A stretch of 64,000 nucleotides of DNA from Guillardia theta CCMP2712 (taxonomy: Eukaryota > Protista > Cryptophyta). Position 1 is the stretch's first letter. Every line of letters begins with the position of its first letter. The position numbers were made by a program, and so were the translations under genes. Positions 13,923 to 26,011 of the stretch are shown here, one piece after another. Under the pieces are notes generated by a model. That model was not told the origin of the DNA and did not search any database. It saw only the letters and a program-made list of their open reading frames with translations. The DNA lies in contig NW_005434656.1 in the NCBI RefSeq assembly GCF_000315625.1, forward strand, positions 104,164 to 168,163, given 5' to 3'.

Positions 13923-16900
13923 GAGGAGGACGAGGACGAGGACGAGGACGAGGAGGAGGAGGAGGAGGAGGAGGCGGTGGTGGTGGTGTGGTGCAGGGGG
14001 TTCAGAAGGTGGCAAAGGAAGGGGTGGAGAGGCTCAGGACAGGGATCAGGAGGGAGGAGAGAGGATGACAGAATTCACTGACACTATGCAGGTGAAATTT
14101 TCGTTGGGGATGAGATTCTTGCTGTGGATGGTACAAACCTGAAGCATCTCGACTCCAGCCAGATAGCTGAGCTCCTGCTGGGGAAACCAGGATCAGCCGT
14201 ATCCTTGCTGATCTCGAGCAAGGAGACGCCATCGAAAGGCCTTACTCCGATCCCAGAGGAGGAAGAGAACCAGTCGCACTTTCCTCTCGCCGCCATCCTC
14301 GAGGTGGAGGAGAGCGGGGAGGAATACATCCCTAAGAACGAACTGCAACGAGCCTCCTTGAAGGCCCAGGCAACCCAAGACATCTCTCTTGCTCTCAGTG
14401 AGATGGCTTCCTCCTCCTTCTCAACATTCTCTCCTTCTCCCTCTCTCTGTCCCTCTCCCTCTCTCTGTCCCTCTCCCTCTCTCTGTCCCTCTCTCCCTCC
14501 TCCTCCTCCTCTCTCTCTCTCCCTCTCTCTCTCTCCCCCCCCCCCCCTCTCTCCCTCTCTCTCTCCCGGCAAGTGAGTCTGACTGTCTCCCCACAAGACG
14601 TTTCTCCTATGAGGATCTACGCAGTGGACGTCAAGAGCAAGTCACAGCAGCACTCCAGGAGGTCGACCATCTTCTGCCTCATCGTCCTACCCCCTCGAGA
14701 TGCTGTCGACCGCCGATCTGCCGAGGAGCTTGTCAACGAGCTCAACGCTCGAGCGAGCCGTAGAGACGACTCCTTGCACGACTACATGACCTTGCGGCAT
14801 GCTGTCTCTGCTTCCGTCATCGGCCCGGTACGTTTTTTCACCTGCTTCACTCCCTTCTTCTCTGATCCTTGACTTCTCTTCCTCATTCCACCAACACCTC
14901 GTCTACTTCTCTCTCCTACCTCCTCCTACCATCTTCTGCCTCCTGCCTCCTGCTCACCATCGCTGTCTGCTCACCGCATTCTCAAGGTCAAGGAGAAGAA
15001 CGGATCGCTGGTAGTCAGCCCTCAGACCTCCCCTGGTCCTTCATCCAGACTGAACTCGAGCGGGGGAGGGAGGGCGAGCCAGGAGGGCAGCAACGGGAGC
15101 GCTACCAAGAAGTTGACGGTGTTGGACGAGCTCGAGATGGACCTGGAGAGCGTTCGGCGGGAAGCCCAGCTGGTACAGCAGCAGAGCCAGGCGCTGTTTG
15201 CTCGGGACTTGACGGCAAAGAGCCCCCGACGTCCTCTCATACCCGACGCAGAGCTGCCAGTGCTCGGGTCCCGTGTGGCTCGCTCGCCGGAATCGAAGCT
15301 GAACGAGTCGAGCTCGTACGAGAGCACGTGGATCAGTCCCCCCAGGCTGCGTTCTCCTCCTCCTGAGATGAAGGAGCTCTCCCCCCTGCAGAACCGCCTC
15401 TACAGGTCTGTTGACGCGTCCGCAGACGCAAGGAAGAAGCTGGTGGAGGATCCAGTCGGGGACGTCGGGCTGACCTGCCAAGTCTCCTTCGATCGAGACG
15501 GTGAGATCCAGGTAGTCGTCAAGGACGTGGAGCATGGCAGGCCCGCCCAGCAGTCCGGCATGATACACAAGAACGACCGTCTGGTCATGATCGACGGCAG
15601 GAGGGCCATCCAGCTCGGCGGCCTCAGTCAAGTGCACGAAAGTCTCCGGGGCCCGGTGGGCAGCTCGGTCGAGCTGACGTTCGTCCGAGAGACAAGCAGG
15701 GCGACTAAGTTCACAGTCTACCTGATCCGGACAGCAGGCACTGACGAGGTTGAGAACATGAACTTGAGCCAGTCCCCTCAAAGATCCTCGGCAAGGCGAG
15801 ACCCGAAAGTCCCGACGCTCAAACTCAACGCTGCTCTAAAGCTGGATGTCAGCCCGGTCAGGAGACGTGTGAGCCCGCGGACGGAATTTTCGTATGAAGA
15901 GCTGCGGGCCATCCACTACAAGGCCAAGGCCGACGGCAACGACCATGAACGCTCGCACGAAGGGTCGAGGAGAAAGGTGCGAGCACGAACGCGCGTCATG
16001 AAGTCGCAGCCACAGGAGGCGCAAGGGTCAGCACAGGGAGACATCAGCTTGTCAAACGTGAACAAGAGCAACGGTCAAACAGTCGTAACTCACTCTCCCT
16101 TGCCCCAGGGCATCTTCTCACCCCGTGTTGAGACTTCTGCCGGTCAGCAATTCCCGGATCGAAGCTTCGAGTCCTGGGATGCCAAGATTATCTCCAGTTC
16201 TCCTCTCCGCCAGAGTTTTCCTCTCTCTGTTGCACAAGTCTTCCAAGAGTTCACACAGAGTAACGCATCGCCTCGCCGACAAACGCCAGCTCATCCCCGA
16301 CCTCTACCAGCTAGCGACCAGCCTTCCGCGCCTCAGCACAAGACTCCAGCTATCGACCAGCCTGAGCCGTCTCCTCGATACCAGCCGTCTCCTCGGTACC
16401 AGGCCCCAGCTATCGACCAGCCTGAGCCGTCGGCTCCTCGATACCAGCCGTCTCCTCGGTACCAGGCCCCAGCTATCGACCAGCCTGAGCCGTCTCCTCG
16501 GTACCAGGCCCCTGCTCGATACCAGGCCCCAGCTATCGACCAGCCTGAGCCGTCTCCTCGGTACCAGCCGTCTCCTCGATACCAGCCGTCGCCTCGATAC
16601 CAGGCCCCAGCTATCGACCAGCCTGAGCCGTCTCCTCGGTACCAAGCCCCAGCTCGATACCAGGCCCCAGCTATCGACCAGCCTGAGCCGTCTCCTCGGT
16701 ACCAGCCGTCTCCTCGGTACCAGCCCCCAGCTATCGACCAGCCTGAGCCGTCTCCTCGGTACCAGGCCCCAGCTCGATACCAGGCCCCAGCTATCGACCA
16801 GCCGTCTCCTCGAGCCCCAGCTATCGACCAGCCTGAGCCGTCTCCTCGGTACCAGCCGTCCCCTCGATACCAGGCCCCAGCTCGATACCAGGCCCCAGCT

Positions 16901-17575
16901 ATCGACCAGCCTGAGCCGTCTCCTCGGTACCAGCCGTCTCCTCGGTACCAGGCCCCAGCTATCGACCAGCCTGAGCCGTCTCCTCGGTACCAAGCCCCAG
17001 CTCGATACCAGGCCCCAGCTATCGACCAGCCTGAGCCGTCTCCTCGGTACCAGGCCCCAGCTATCGACCAGCCTGAGCCGTCTCCTCGGTACCAGCCGTC
17101 TCCTCGGTACCAGCCGTCTCCTCGGTACCAGCCGTCTCCTCGGTACCAGGCCCCAGCTATCGACCAGCCTGAGCCGTCTCCTCGGTACCAAGCCCCAGCT
17201 CGATACCAGGCCCCAGCTCGATACCAGGCCCCAGCTATCGACCAGCCTGAGCCGTCTCCTCGGTACATTCCAAGGCATGACACGAGCATCGAACAGTCAA
17301 CTCCAAACCGTCCTCCCCTCCCCCCAAGTTTTCAGAGCCTCAGCTCAAGCTATCTTCAGTCCCCGAGAACCCCAAGGCTCTCTGACTCTCCGTACTCCAT
17401 CAATCTGCAGAAGCTGGGAACACGAGCTGAGCCCGCGACTTCGTGGAATGAGCTACGGGTGCCGCATGCTTGGGGAGGCAACATGGGCAGCCAGAAGGAG
17501 GGTGAGAGAGGACAGGTCTTGTCGGATACTCACACTCCTCGTCCGACGAGGGTATCATTAGGGATGGTACTTTGA
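12506..17575 (+). CDS. Large scaffold protein: IQ motifs, ankyrin repeats, two PDZ domains and a Pro/Ser/Tyr repeat tail (5' end uncertain)
   Basis: IQ-like IQAAVRR, LQAACR, LQAIVRR. Ankyrin TGDSILHFAAQ...GADPIARNRQGKTPFD. PDZ1 GLGI...GGAAWKSG/EIFVGDEILAVDG...GKPGSAVSL. PDZ2 VGL...GRPAQQSGMIHKNDRLVMIDG...GPVGSSVEL. Reading frame traced across the introns into ORF 15113-17575. Confidence 0.78.
13843..13972. repeat. (GAG/GAC)n microsatellite inside the intron that splits PDZ1
   Basis: Starts right after the donor gtgag; the PDZ sequence resumes after 'tgcag' at ~14091. Confidence 0.85.
16347..17266 (+). repeat. Coding compound minisatellite (YQPSPR / YQAPAR / APAIDQPEPSPR modules)
   Basis: Directly visible 18-bp modules and longer compound units, all in frame within ORF 15113-17575. 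Confidence 0.95.
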
Positions 17576-17671
17576 TCTTGTTAAGTTTGTATCTTTCATG
17601 CAAAATCGCACTGCCGAAGATTAAAGATTAAACAAAAACACACAAGTATCCACACTTATCTATGACACATT

Positions 17672-18997
17672 CTACATGGAATTGTATCCAATGCTGTCCA
17701 GATCGAAGGCTTCGTCCTTGTCCGACGACAGGTCTTTGAACATGGCGAAATAGGAGTTGCCATGAACTTCCCGCCCGGACGCGAACAGCGTCCCCTTCAC
17801 TGGGTTCTTCAGCATCTCATCGAGCGACACCGGCGTGCTCTCGTCGTAACCGTCCCCGAAGAAGCACTCCTTCACTGACTTCCCGAGCGCCTTGCAGCTC
17901 TGCAGACTCGCGTACATGTCCACAGGCTGCGCCGAGTCCCTGTAGTAAACTTCAAAGGTTTTTCCGTCCGCGTCCTTGGACAAGGCGGCAGCCGTCAGGA
18001 TGTCAGCAAGGTCGAGCCGGGAGATCATCCCGCTCTTGGTCACTCCCTGATTGAACTCCACCTCCTTCACACCTCTCGCCTCCCCGAGAGTCAGCATCCC
18101 GGGCCTCACGATGGTGTACGACAGCGAGGGATCCTTGGCTGCTGCATACAGCTCTCGCACAGCGTCTTCGCCGGCCTGTTTCTTGTAGCAAGCATCGCAC
18201 GAGGCCGCACCCCTGTCAAGCTGATCTGGCACGTCGTACTCCTGCTTCTTCCGGCACTTGGCACAGACAGAGCTGACGATCACAAGCCGTGGTATCTTGT
18301 TGGCGATGCAAGCCTTGGCTACGTTTTCGAGCCCGATGTCTTCCACGTGATCACTCGGAGGTGCAACTTTTGCTGCAGCGAAGGTCTGCAGAGGAGCAGA
18401 GGAGGAGGAGGAGGAAGCCACTTTGGTCCCAGGTGTGACCGTTGCGGTAACCTTGGGCCTTGAAGCAGCCGTGAAGATGACGGCCTTGGCCCCTTGGATA
18501 GCGCTGGGGATGCTGCTGGCCTTGTTGACGTCGACGATCGCAGATCGCACAAGATTCCTCTCCCTCTCGTCATCCAGCACGATGGTGTCTGGCCCTCGTT
18601 CTGCATTCAACACAATCTTCTGTGGCCTCCTGGTACAAGCAATGACCTTCTGCCCTTTCTTTATCAGACTCCGCACGGTATCGCCTCCAGTGTATCCCCC
18701 GGCGCCGATAACTGCTACAGCATCTTCAAAATCTGCGTTGGGCTCGGCTCCTGAGAATGAAGGGGTTGTGAGAGCAGCGAGTCCGAAGCCTGTCAAAACC
18801 AACATCTCCTTCCTATCCAACGAAACTCGTCCTCCTTCGAACCGCATTGACACCAACGTTTCTTTCTTCTTCCTAGATAATGTCGGGAAGGATCGGAGAG
18901 ATGGCAGAGCGCGAACAATACCTCCCTGGTGGAAAGCATGCACAGAGTTCGCAATCGCGGCAAGGCAGAGGAAAGATAAGATATTGGACCAGCTCAT
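17672..18997 (-). CDS. Plastid-targeted atypical SDR / NAD(P)-binding protein (TIC62/NmrA-like), intronless
   Basis: Signal peptide MSWSNILSFLCLAAIANSVHA-F plus transit peptide. Rossmann motif VAVIGAGGYTG, then LVIVSS, YKKQAGEDAVR, YTIVRPGML and ISRLDLAD. Confidence 0.82.
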   Translation of the reverse strand: MSWSNILSFLCLAAIANSVHAFHQGGIVRALPSLRSFPTLSRKKKETLVSMRFEGGRVSLDRKEMLVLTGFGLAALTTPSFSGAEPNADFEDAVAVIGAGGYTGGDTVRSLIKKGQKVIACTRRPQKIVLNAERGPDTIVLDDERERNLVRSAIVDVNKASSIPSAIQGAKAVIFTAASRPKVTATVTPGTKVASSSSSSAPLQTFAAAKVAPPSDHVEDIGLENVAKACIANKIPRLVIVSSVCAKCRKKQEYDVPDQLDRGAASCDACYKKQAGEDAVRELYAAAKDPSLSYTIVRPGMLTLGEARGVKEVEFNQGVTKSGMISRLDLADILTAAALSKDADGKTFEVYYRDSAQPVDMYASLQSCKALGKSVKECFFGDGYDESTPVSLDEMLKNPVKGTLFASGREVHGNSYFAMFKDLSSDKDEAFDLDSIGYNSM

Positions 18998-19179
18998 TTT
19001 GACGAAGATCATTTCCAGTAGCCGCAGCCTCACTGTTGTCTTGAGTTTGTACAAGGCTTCACAAACAGTTCTTCTTCTGTCTCTTCTTCTGTCTCTTCTT
19101 CTTTCTCTTCTTCTTTCTCTCCTTCTTCTGTTGCTCTCTATCTCCCTGCCTGCCTTTTAAGCCTCTCCGACCCCGCTTT

Positions 19180-19800
19180 ATTAAGTCCCTTCGCCCACCC
19201 CTACCCCTGTACTGAAGACATCTTTATTTTAATACCCCTTCTTTTGACTATCTGAAATAGTCAGTTCCTTGGGTCAGCCATCACCCCCTACCTCTAAAGA
19301 GCACTCGCAGGTCTGCTCCCTCCCACCCCAATCATGAAACGATTACCCCTCGCTTACCTCACACTAACCCCTACCCTATACCTCATATCACCCCCTTGTT
19401 CTACCCCACCCCGGCACTCCTGCAACAATTTCTGACCTTTGAGTTTTGGGGAGGGACAACACTCCAGGGCGGCACATAAAGGGTAGGGTATGTTTTTCTG
19501 TAGGTAGGGTCATGCAAGGGTTCCTTTTCACCGGTTCCAGACATTGAAAATTGTATGGTACTCAGGGTAGTTCAAAATTCTATGGGGGTAGGGGTATCGA
19601 CAGGCTAGGAACAGGTGGGACTCGGCTGCAACAAGGGCCGCAATCTGAAGATGTGGAGATACAAGCAGGGACTTGAGGGCAGGGAATCACTTTGAGCAGG
19701 ATACCCCATGTATCATTGAAGAAAAAGTGGGTAGGGGTGATGACCCCACCCTACTTTTGACTTTAATGCTTTTTAAGTGCACCAAGCTACTTTTAATACT
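19180..19800. other. Non-coding GGGTAGGG/CCCTACCC-rich island between divergent plastid-protein genes
   Basis: C-rich half (ccctaccc) then G-rich half (gggtaggg); imperfect hairpin at ~19723-19758. Similar tracts at 42900-43450, 47455-47950 and 49220-49500. Confidence 0.5.
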
Positions 19801-20329
19801 TATAACAGTGGGTTATGGACTGAATTTCTGGTACAATATTTAGTACCAGTGTAATGGAAACTTTTAATAACAGTTTTTACAAAAGCTTCATCTGGGGTTC
19901 CTACGACTATCTTTGTACCACGGGTCCCTTTTGTACCTGAGGTCCATTTATATCTTTGTAGACCAGTTATAAAACCATTGCGCCTCCCCGTACAAGCACG
20001 CAGACCTTCACCCTCCCGCGCGCCCTCCACAAGCTCCTCGCATCTCGTCCTCCTGCTGCCTCCCCATCGTATCTCCTCCCCCGCCATTTGCTCTTCATCA
20101 TTTCAATCCTTTCTGTCTCCTTCCATCCTCACTCCTTCCCTTTGCTGCTGATTCTTTCCACGAATTTTCACTTTTGCCTTTTATTCCCGCTGTCCTTTCT
20201 CACCTTTTTCAATCTTCCCCTCTCACCAAACAATTATCTTATAGGAAAAGTCTTCAATGTTTGTACAATTTTCACTCTCTTGCCCATCTCTGTAACTTGA
20301 TTTGTTTGTAACAAGTTTCTGCAGACTCG

Positions 20330-21388
20330 ATGAAGAACTTTTCTGCGACATACCTGTTGAGTTGTGCGTTGCTCTTCTTGGATTTGTCTTTAGCTTCGTC
20401 AAAAAAATCCAATCCTCTCTGCTTTGCATCGTTGAGCAGTCTGCCATGCCTCCACAGGCAAGACAGGGGTGTCCTCCAAACAAGGATGCATCTGCAAGGG
20501 CAACAAGGTGCTATAGCACGAAGGCGCGCGGTCCTGTTAACTGCAGCCTTTGCCATGCCGACTCTGTTTCTTCGTCCAGCCTCTGCTCTCACAGAGGCCG
20601 AAGAGTTTGAGAAGCTGCAGAGGAGAGCAGCAGAGCTGAGGGAGATCTTTGAGAGGTGAGCTACCTTTCATCCTCAGTGACGCTGATGCATCTTCTCAGT
20701 CAGAAGGCAGCAAACTCAAACTTGCCGACTTTGCAGGACAGTGTAGCTAGAGACAAAGTTGCCAAGGGCCAAGTCAGCGGCAGTAAGCCCGAGGAGTCGA
20801 AGCTGCTGCCCTCGCCGAGCCTGACATCGGTGGACGTTGCAAAGCTGCTCATCGCTGCCATGCAGAAGAATGACAAGCCGGCGCCAGACAGCGGGTTAAA
20901 GGCAGTGTTGAGGTTCTCATCGGAGAAGAATCCAGTGAAGTCGATGCCAGAAGATCGCTTCTTCAACATGATGAAGAACTCCAAGTACAGGTCTCGCCTT
21001 TTCCAGACTTCTTGATTCTGATCTTACCTACCTTGGCAGCATCCTGCTAGCCGACGAGTACAGCTTCAGTGTTGCGAAGGCGGACGAGGGAGTTTCAAAG
21101 GATGACGGAGAGCCTTTTCAAGTTCTGGATGTGAAGATAAAAGCTCCTTACAAGAAGATGCTGATGGTGAGCGCCATGGTTTCATTGCGAGGTTTCGCTC
21201 GAGTGAACTTTACATGGCAGAATGGCATGCAGTTCGAAGACTTTGAGAGCCTTGAGAATGACAAAGAGAATGTTCAAGTTTCGATGAAATGGCAATTCAG
21301 CAAGAGCAAAGAGAGCAATTGCTGGTTGAGCGATACTCTCTATGTGGTCAGCTCTTCAAAGAATGATGCCTGGAGGGCGCTTGTGTAA
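20330..21388 (+). CDS. Plastid (probable thylakoid-lumen) protein with a DUF4864-like domain, 4 exons
   Basis: Signal peptide, transit region, then twin-Arg RRRAVLL...PASA-L. Mature part PSPSLTSVDVAKLLIAAMQKNDKPAPDSGLKAVLRFSS...W recalls DUF4864-type proteins. Confidence 0.65.
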
Positions 21389-21541
21389 CTTTACTGTACA
21401 TGTTTCAATCGATTACAGCGCTTATATCTACTTTGAGTAAAGAGCGAAATATCGTAAGGAGGATTGGATAGCAATCAGATCGTAAGAAGGAGAGATGGTA
21501 GAGATATTCTCCGATAGCTCTTCATCTTTGCTGTGTTTTAT

Positions 21542-23144
21542 TCAAACATTATCCAAGTCATACCAGACTCGATTCTGCACGTGTCAAGCTCATGGTTGTT
21601 TTGCAAGCTGCTGTAAGCCAGAGTCCATGAACGACTCAAAACATTGACTTATCTTCATTCTTCTTTCCCTTCAGTACATTCTTCATTCCCTTCCAGCAAG
21701 GCATCGGAAGGCTCATCCCCGATACCTACCGTCTCTTATCATCAACATTTTTGGGTGAACTCTAAATATCAAGTTATCCAGATTGACAACTTCATTGAGA
21801 CTGTGAGAGCCAAAAGCGTCCAAGTCCTGCAGACTTCATCTGACTGCAGCTCGCCGACTTCACTCTCCTTGATAGCTGACTCTGAGAGCAGTCCAGCCAT
21901 CCCTGCGACTCATCTGAAACTTGTACCGCTATCATATGATGCCGATCACTTCAGACCATACGTGTTAGTCCACAGCGTCCTCAACTTCATCCAGCAGCAT
22001 GGTTTGCTCAACAATCCTCTCGATCATCTCGATGTGGTCTTCATCGGGTATTTCAAATGCTTCTTCAAACTTGTGTACCTCCCTTATCACCTTCAAAATC
22101 ACAATCTTACGCTTGTCACATGTATGGTAATGCGCGTACCGGATAAACTTTCGTCTTCCTCAGGAATTCTCTTCCATCCTTGGACCTGCAGAAGAGGAGA
22201 AGACCCTCATAGATCATCCTCCGCAGCTCCTTGTCATCCGAGATTTTCCCTCCGATCCTGCACTTGGACGCCAGCCCGGCATACATGCCGTTCATATCGT
22301 CGTCCTCGAAGCTAGATGACTCTCCCACCAGAGGCAGTACCAACAGAGCGGCGACTTCTGCATGCTCTGCTATTCCTCTGTGCAGCTCCGTGAAGAAGGC
22401 ACAGTTCTTCACCGTGCCTGCAGCCCCGAGCTGTCTCTCCTTGTTGTCTTCGGCCAGACCCTTGGCCACGATCCCAAGCTTGAAGCCCTCGTTCTCGTCG
22501 CAGAGCAGGTTAGCGCCCATGACCTCCTGCGAGATGTTCTCGAAGAAGAGAGCGAGGAACGACAAGTCGTTGTCCTTCTGCTTCCTTGACTCCTCAAAGT
22601 GATGCAGGAGCTGCAGTATCTCTTTCTTCCTCTCCTCGCTCGACCCGTCCGACACATAGCCCAGCATCCTCTTCCTGCCTTCAAACACTCTGCTGATGTT
22701 GACGAGGAGTTTTGGAGCTCCATCAGGCAGACGAGTCCCGACCTCAAGAGCACTCACAATCTTCTTCATGGTCTTCTCCCCTGCCCCAGCCTTCGCCACG
22801 CGGACAGCTGCCTCCTCCTCCTCACAGAGGTTCACCAATGACGCCAAGATCGCTGTGAGAGCTGCATCGTGATCGTCGTTGATCCTGTTCACTATCTTCT
22901 CGATAGCATCAGCCTTACAGTCGATCAGAGCCTGCCTGCCAGACCTCGATGCGGACAGCCCTGCCAACACAGAAGAAGCACCGATCCGCACGAGTCTTGA
23001 CTTGTGGTCGATGAACAGCAGCAGGTCATCAAGAGCCATGGTCTCTAGCTTGCTAAGTATGACGGCTTCATCCTCCTCCACCCCTTCTCCTCGCACGTCA
23101 GGAGCAGCCGCTGCCAGCCCCACGCCCTCCGGCATGCCCGGCAT
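21542..23144 (-). CDS. HGH1: HGH1 (FAM203) eEF2 chaperone homolog
   Basis: ARM-like N-terminus (ASLVNL, LLVNISR), GAAGTVKNCAF, EGLLLFCRSKDGREFLRKTKVYP and an acidic tail. 3' exons approximate. Confidence 0.82.
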
Positions 23145-23340
23145 TCCCTCACGTGAAGATCTGATTTGTGTCTGGCTGTTGTACCCGGAGTTGCCGGGAA
23201 TGCAATGCTGAGGCTCTATCCGGGGTCCAGAAGGGGCCCAATTACCGTAGTACGACTACCGTCGCGCGGCCCGGCATTTCGGGGCCTCACCGGGCCGACT
23301 CATAGCACAATCATCTGAAGGGGCTTCAGTCGAGATTGGT

Positions 23341-25424
23341 TTATTCATCTAGAAGGACTTTGTACGGGTTTAGGATGCCGTTGGGATCGAAGACTCCTTT
23401 GATCTGCCTCATGAGCGCAATCAGCTCTGGAGGCTTGGACAAGTACAGCTTTGAGATCTTCATCTGCCCTATCCCGTGCTCGGCGCTGATACTTCCTCTC
23501 TTTTCTGCTGTCCATTCGTACACAAAGGGTTCTAAGATGCTCTCAACCGCCTGCAGCGTAACGGTCATGGTCTTCATCCGACGACAGAGGGACAAGTGCG
23601 TTGTTCACCTCCTTGTCAGCTGTGGGGCATGTGACGTTCAGGTGTAGGTTCCCATCTCCCAGATGTCCATACCTTCCTCCACATCAGTACAGATGAACAT
23701 GTGTCAGGAATGATAAGTTCACCCGAAGACACCTGCTTGAGGGTAGCGCTCTTTCAACCTCTCCCTCACGATCTCGACCTGTTTGACAAGTTTCTCAAGG
23801 GAGCTTTCGTGCTATGCAGCGCAGCATGTCAGATTGTACCAGGTTGTACATCTCGGAGGTAGGAACCGACAGGTCATACTTAAACACCTCTTCTTCTTTC
23901 AAGAGTGCCATGGGAATGTTTTCTCTCATCCCCCACAGCTTTCGCATTTGGGTCCCTCCCTCCGCAACGGTGCCCCCCTCCACGACCTGTTTCTCCATGC
24001 AATAATTGAGAAAGTTGTACAGCTTGTCCTGTCTCGCACAAGCAAGTCAGAGGCTGAAACGAAGAGACGAGGGGAAGAATCACCGAATCGTGACTGTCCT
24101 CACTGCCTGTCGTCTCAACGAGCACCCAGAAAGGAGAGCTTGTTTCCAGTACGTGAGACATCCCAGGGAGGTTTCGAACAACAAGATCGCTACATTGCTG
24201 ATCGAAAAATTCGATCGCGCTTACGATCTCTGCGAGTTTAAATTTCGCTGCGGCTACTGCTTCCAACACTTGCTGAAAATTGTTGCATCCCAGCATTGCT
24301 AAATGAACGCTCTCTAATTTCCTTGGCACTGAAATCGCAACTTTAGTAATCACCCCCAGTGTTCCCTCAGAACCAATGAACAACTGCTTGATGTCGTAGC
24401 CGGTGTTGTCCTTTCTCAAAGTCTTTAGGGAATCCAAAACTGTTCCGTCCGCCATGACGGCCTCGATCCCCAGCACTGAAGCTCGCAAAGAGCCGAATCG
24501 AATGAGGCGGAGCCCTCCCGCGTTGGTCGACACGTTGCCGCCGAGTTGACAGGATCCACGAGAACCAAGATCTAGAGGCACAACGAAACCCTGGTAAATC
24601 CTGTCAACTGTCCTCAAAACACTGAGGCAGCTCATTCATTACATGTTTTGCGAGATGCTCTTCGAGATTTTGGAGGATGCAGCCTGCTTCACACTCTACG
24701 ACCCCACTGTACTCATCCAAAGAAAGAACTTTGTTCATCGATGACAAAGAAAGAACAACTTCATCAAATACAGGAACGCTTCCCCCGACTAATCCTGTGT
24801 TCCCCCCCTTGAAACACAACAAAGTCACGACCATTGTTGAATCCACTGCAGAACACCTGGGGCACAACAGCCAACTTCCTTGCGTTGCAATGTTTCAAAA
24901 TACTTGACACCTCCTCTGTCGACTTGGGCTTGAGGACAACCTGACCTCACACAAGAACAGATTATGCTCTCTTGCAATGATAGCAATCGTTTCTGCGCAC
25001 CTTGCTGTTTCCACGATATTGCTTCATCCAGTCATTGTTGTGAAACTCCAGTGAATCCTGTTCATGATTGGTCAGTGGACTGAACAAAGAAATGGCAGGA
25101 CATCACGTCATTGGTGATGACTGATTTTTCTCCGAGAAGCTTCCTAAATGTGCTGATATCGCTCTCCTGTTGGGAGGCTTCAGGTTACATTCGAGACCGT
25201 CTTTCCTCCAAGCATTCACCTCAATCTTTGCAAATTGTTTCCTTGCAATACCACCAGAGTGCCTGCAAAATTTAACAATGAGTCATCAAGAATGCAGGCA
25301 CGGCAGTGCACAATCACATTCGGACTCCTCTGAGCATGTTCGTAAACCCTCGGAAGATTTCTCTTCTGTCGCATGATCACCAAGTGAAAACCAATCAAAA
25401 GGAAGATATTCACCTTGCCATCAT
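23341..25424 (-). CDS. D2HGDH: D-2-hydroxyglutarate dehydrogenase (FAD-linked oxidase), mitochondrial
   Basis: [79 protein letters not shown] and [13 protein letters not shown]. Spliced N-terminus [22 protein letters not shown] resembles a mitochondrial presequence. Confidence 0.93.
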
Positions 25425-26011
25425 GTTTTCGAGGACAATGAGGACGATGAAGCTTTTCTTCCAGCTGCTTGTTACAACAATGAATTCAGTGAGATCATAA
25501 CACTGACAATCATAAGAAAGTTGACATGAGAACAGAGACATAAGGCAAGGATATGAACAAGTCACATCATCCATTCTATCAGGTATCGGCATCTACATCA
25601 GCTATCGGCATCTACATTACAGATCGTCGAGTCAGATCTCACAACGTCTGCTGCTGCCGAACAGATATCAACAGTGTGCCATAAGCCGCAACAGGCCACT
25701 GAACTAATCCCAAAGGAAACTAAACCGGCGTCACTTTTGTGGACGGTGCTCAGAACTCCGAGTGACTCAGTCACAGGTCGGCCTGAGTCCCGGGCCCGGA
25801 CCGGGCCCGAAGCTAGACCGTGAACAAGTTGTCACGGCTGGGCCGCTTCGACGCCCCGTACGGGCGGCGGGCCTCGGCAGTCACTCAGTAAAAGATCCGG
25901 TGCTGACCGATCACATCCGATTGCCATCATTGGCCGCAAACTGCCTTGAATTTTTTTTCAGAAGCATGTTGTGTATTACTATCGCGACGTTTCTACAAAG
26001 TGATTCAACTT

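Noticed and set aside
13774-14142. Poly-Glu/Asp or poly-Arg protein segment
   Set aside because: It lies in the intron interrupting PDZ1; removing it restores the domain.
16125-17561. Overlapping/antisense ORFs (WYRGDG with RGD motifs, LVPRRR, LSTSLSR repeats)
   Set aside because: Alternative frames of the coding minisatellite; only the frame continuous with the PDZ domain has support.
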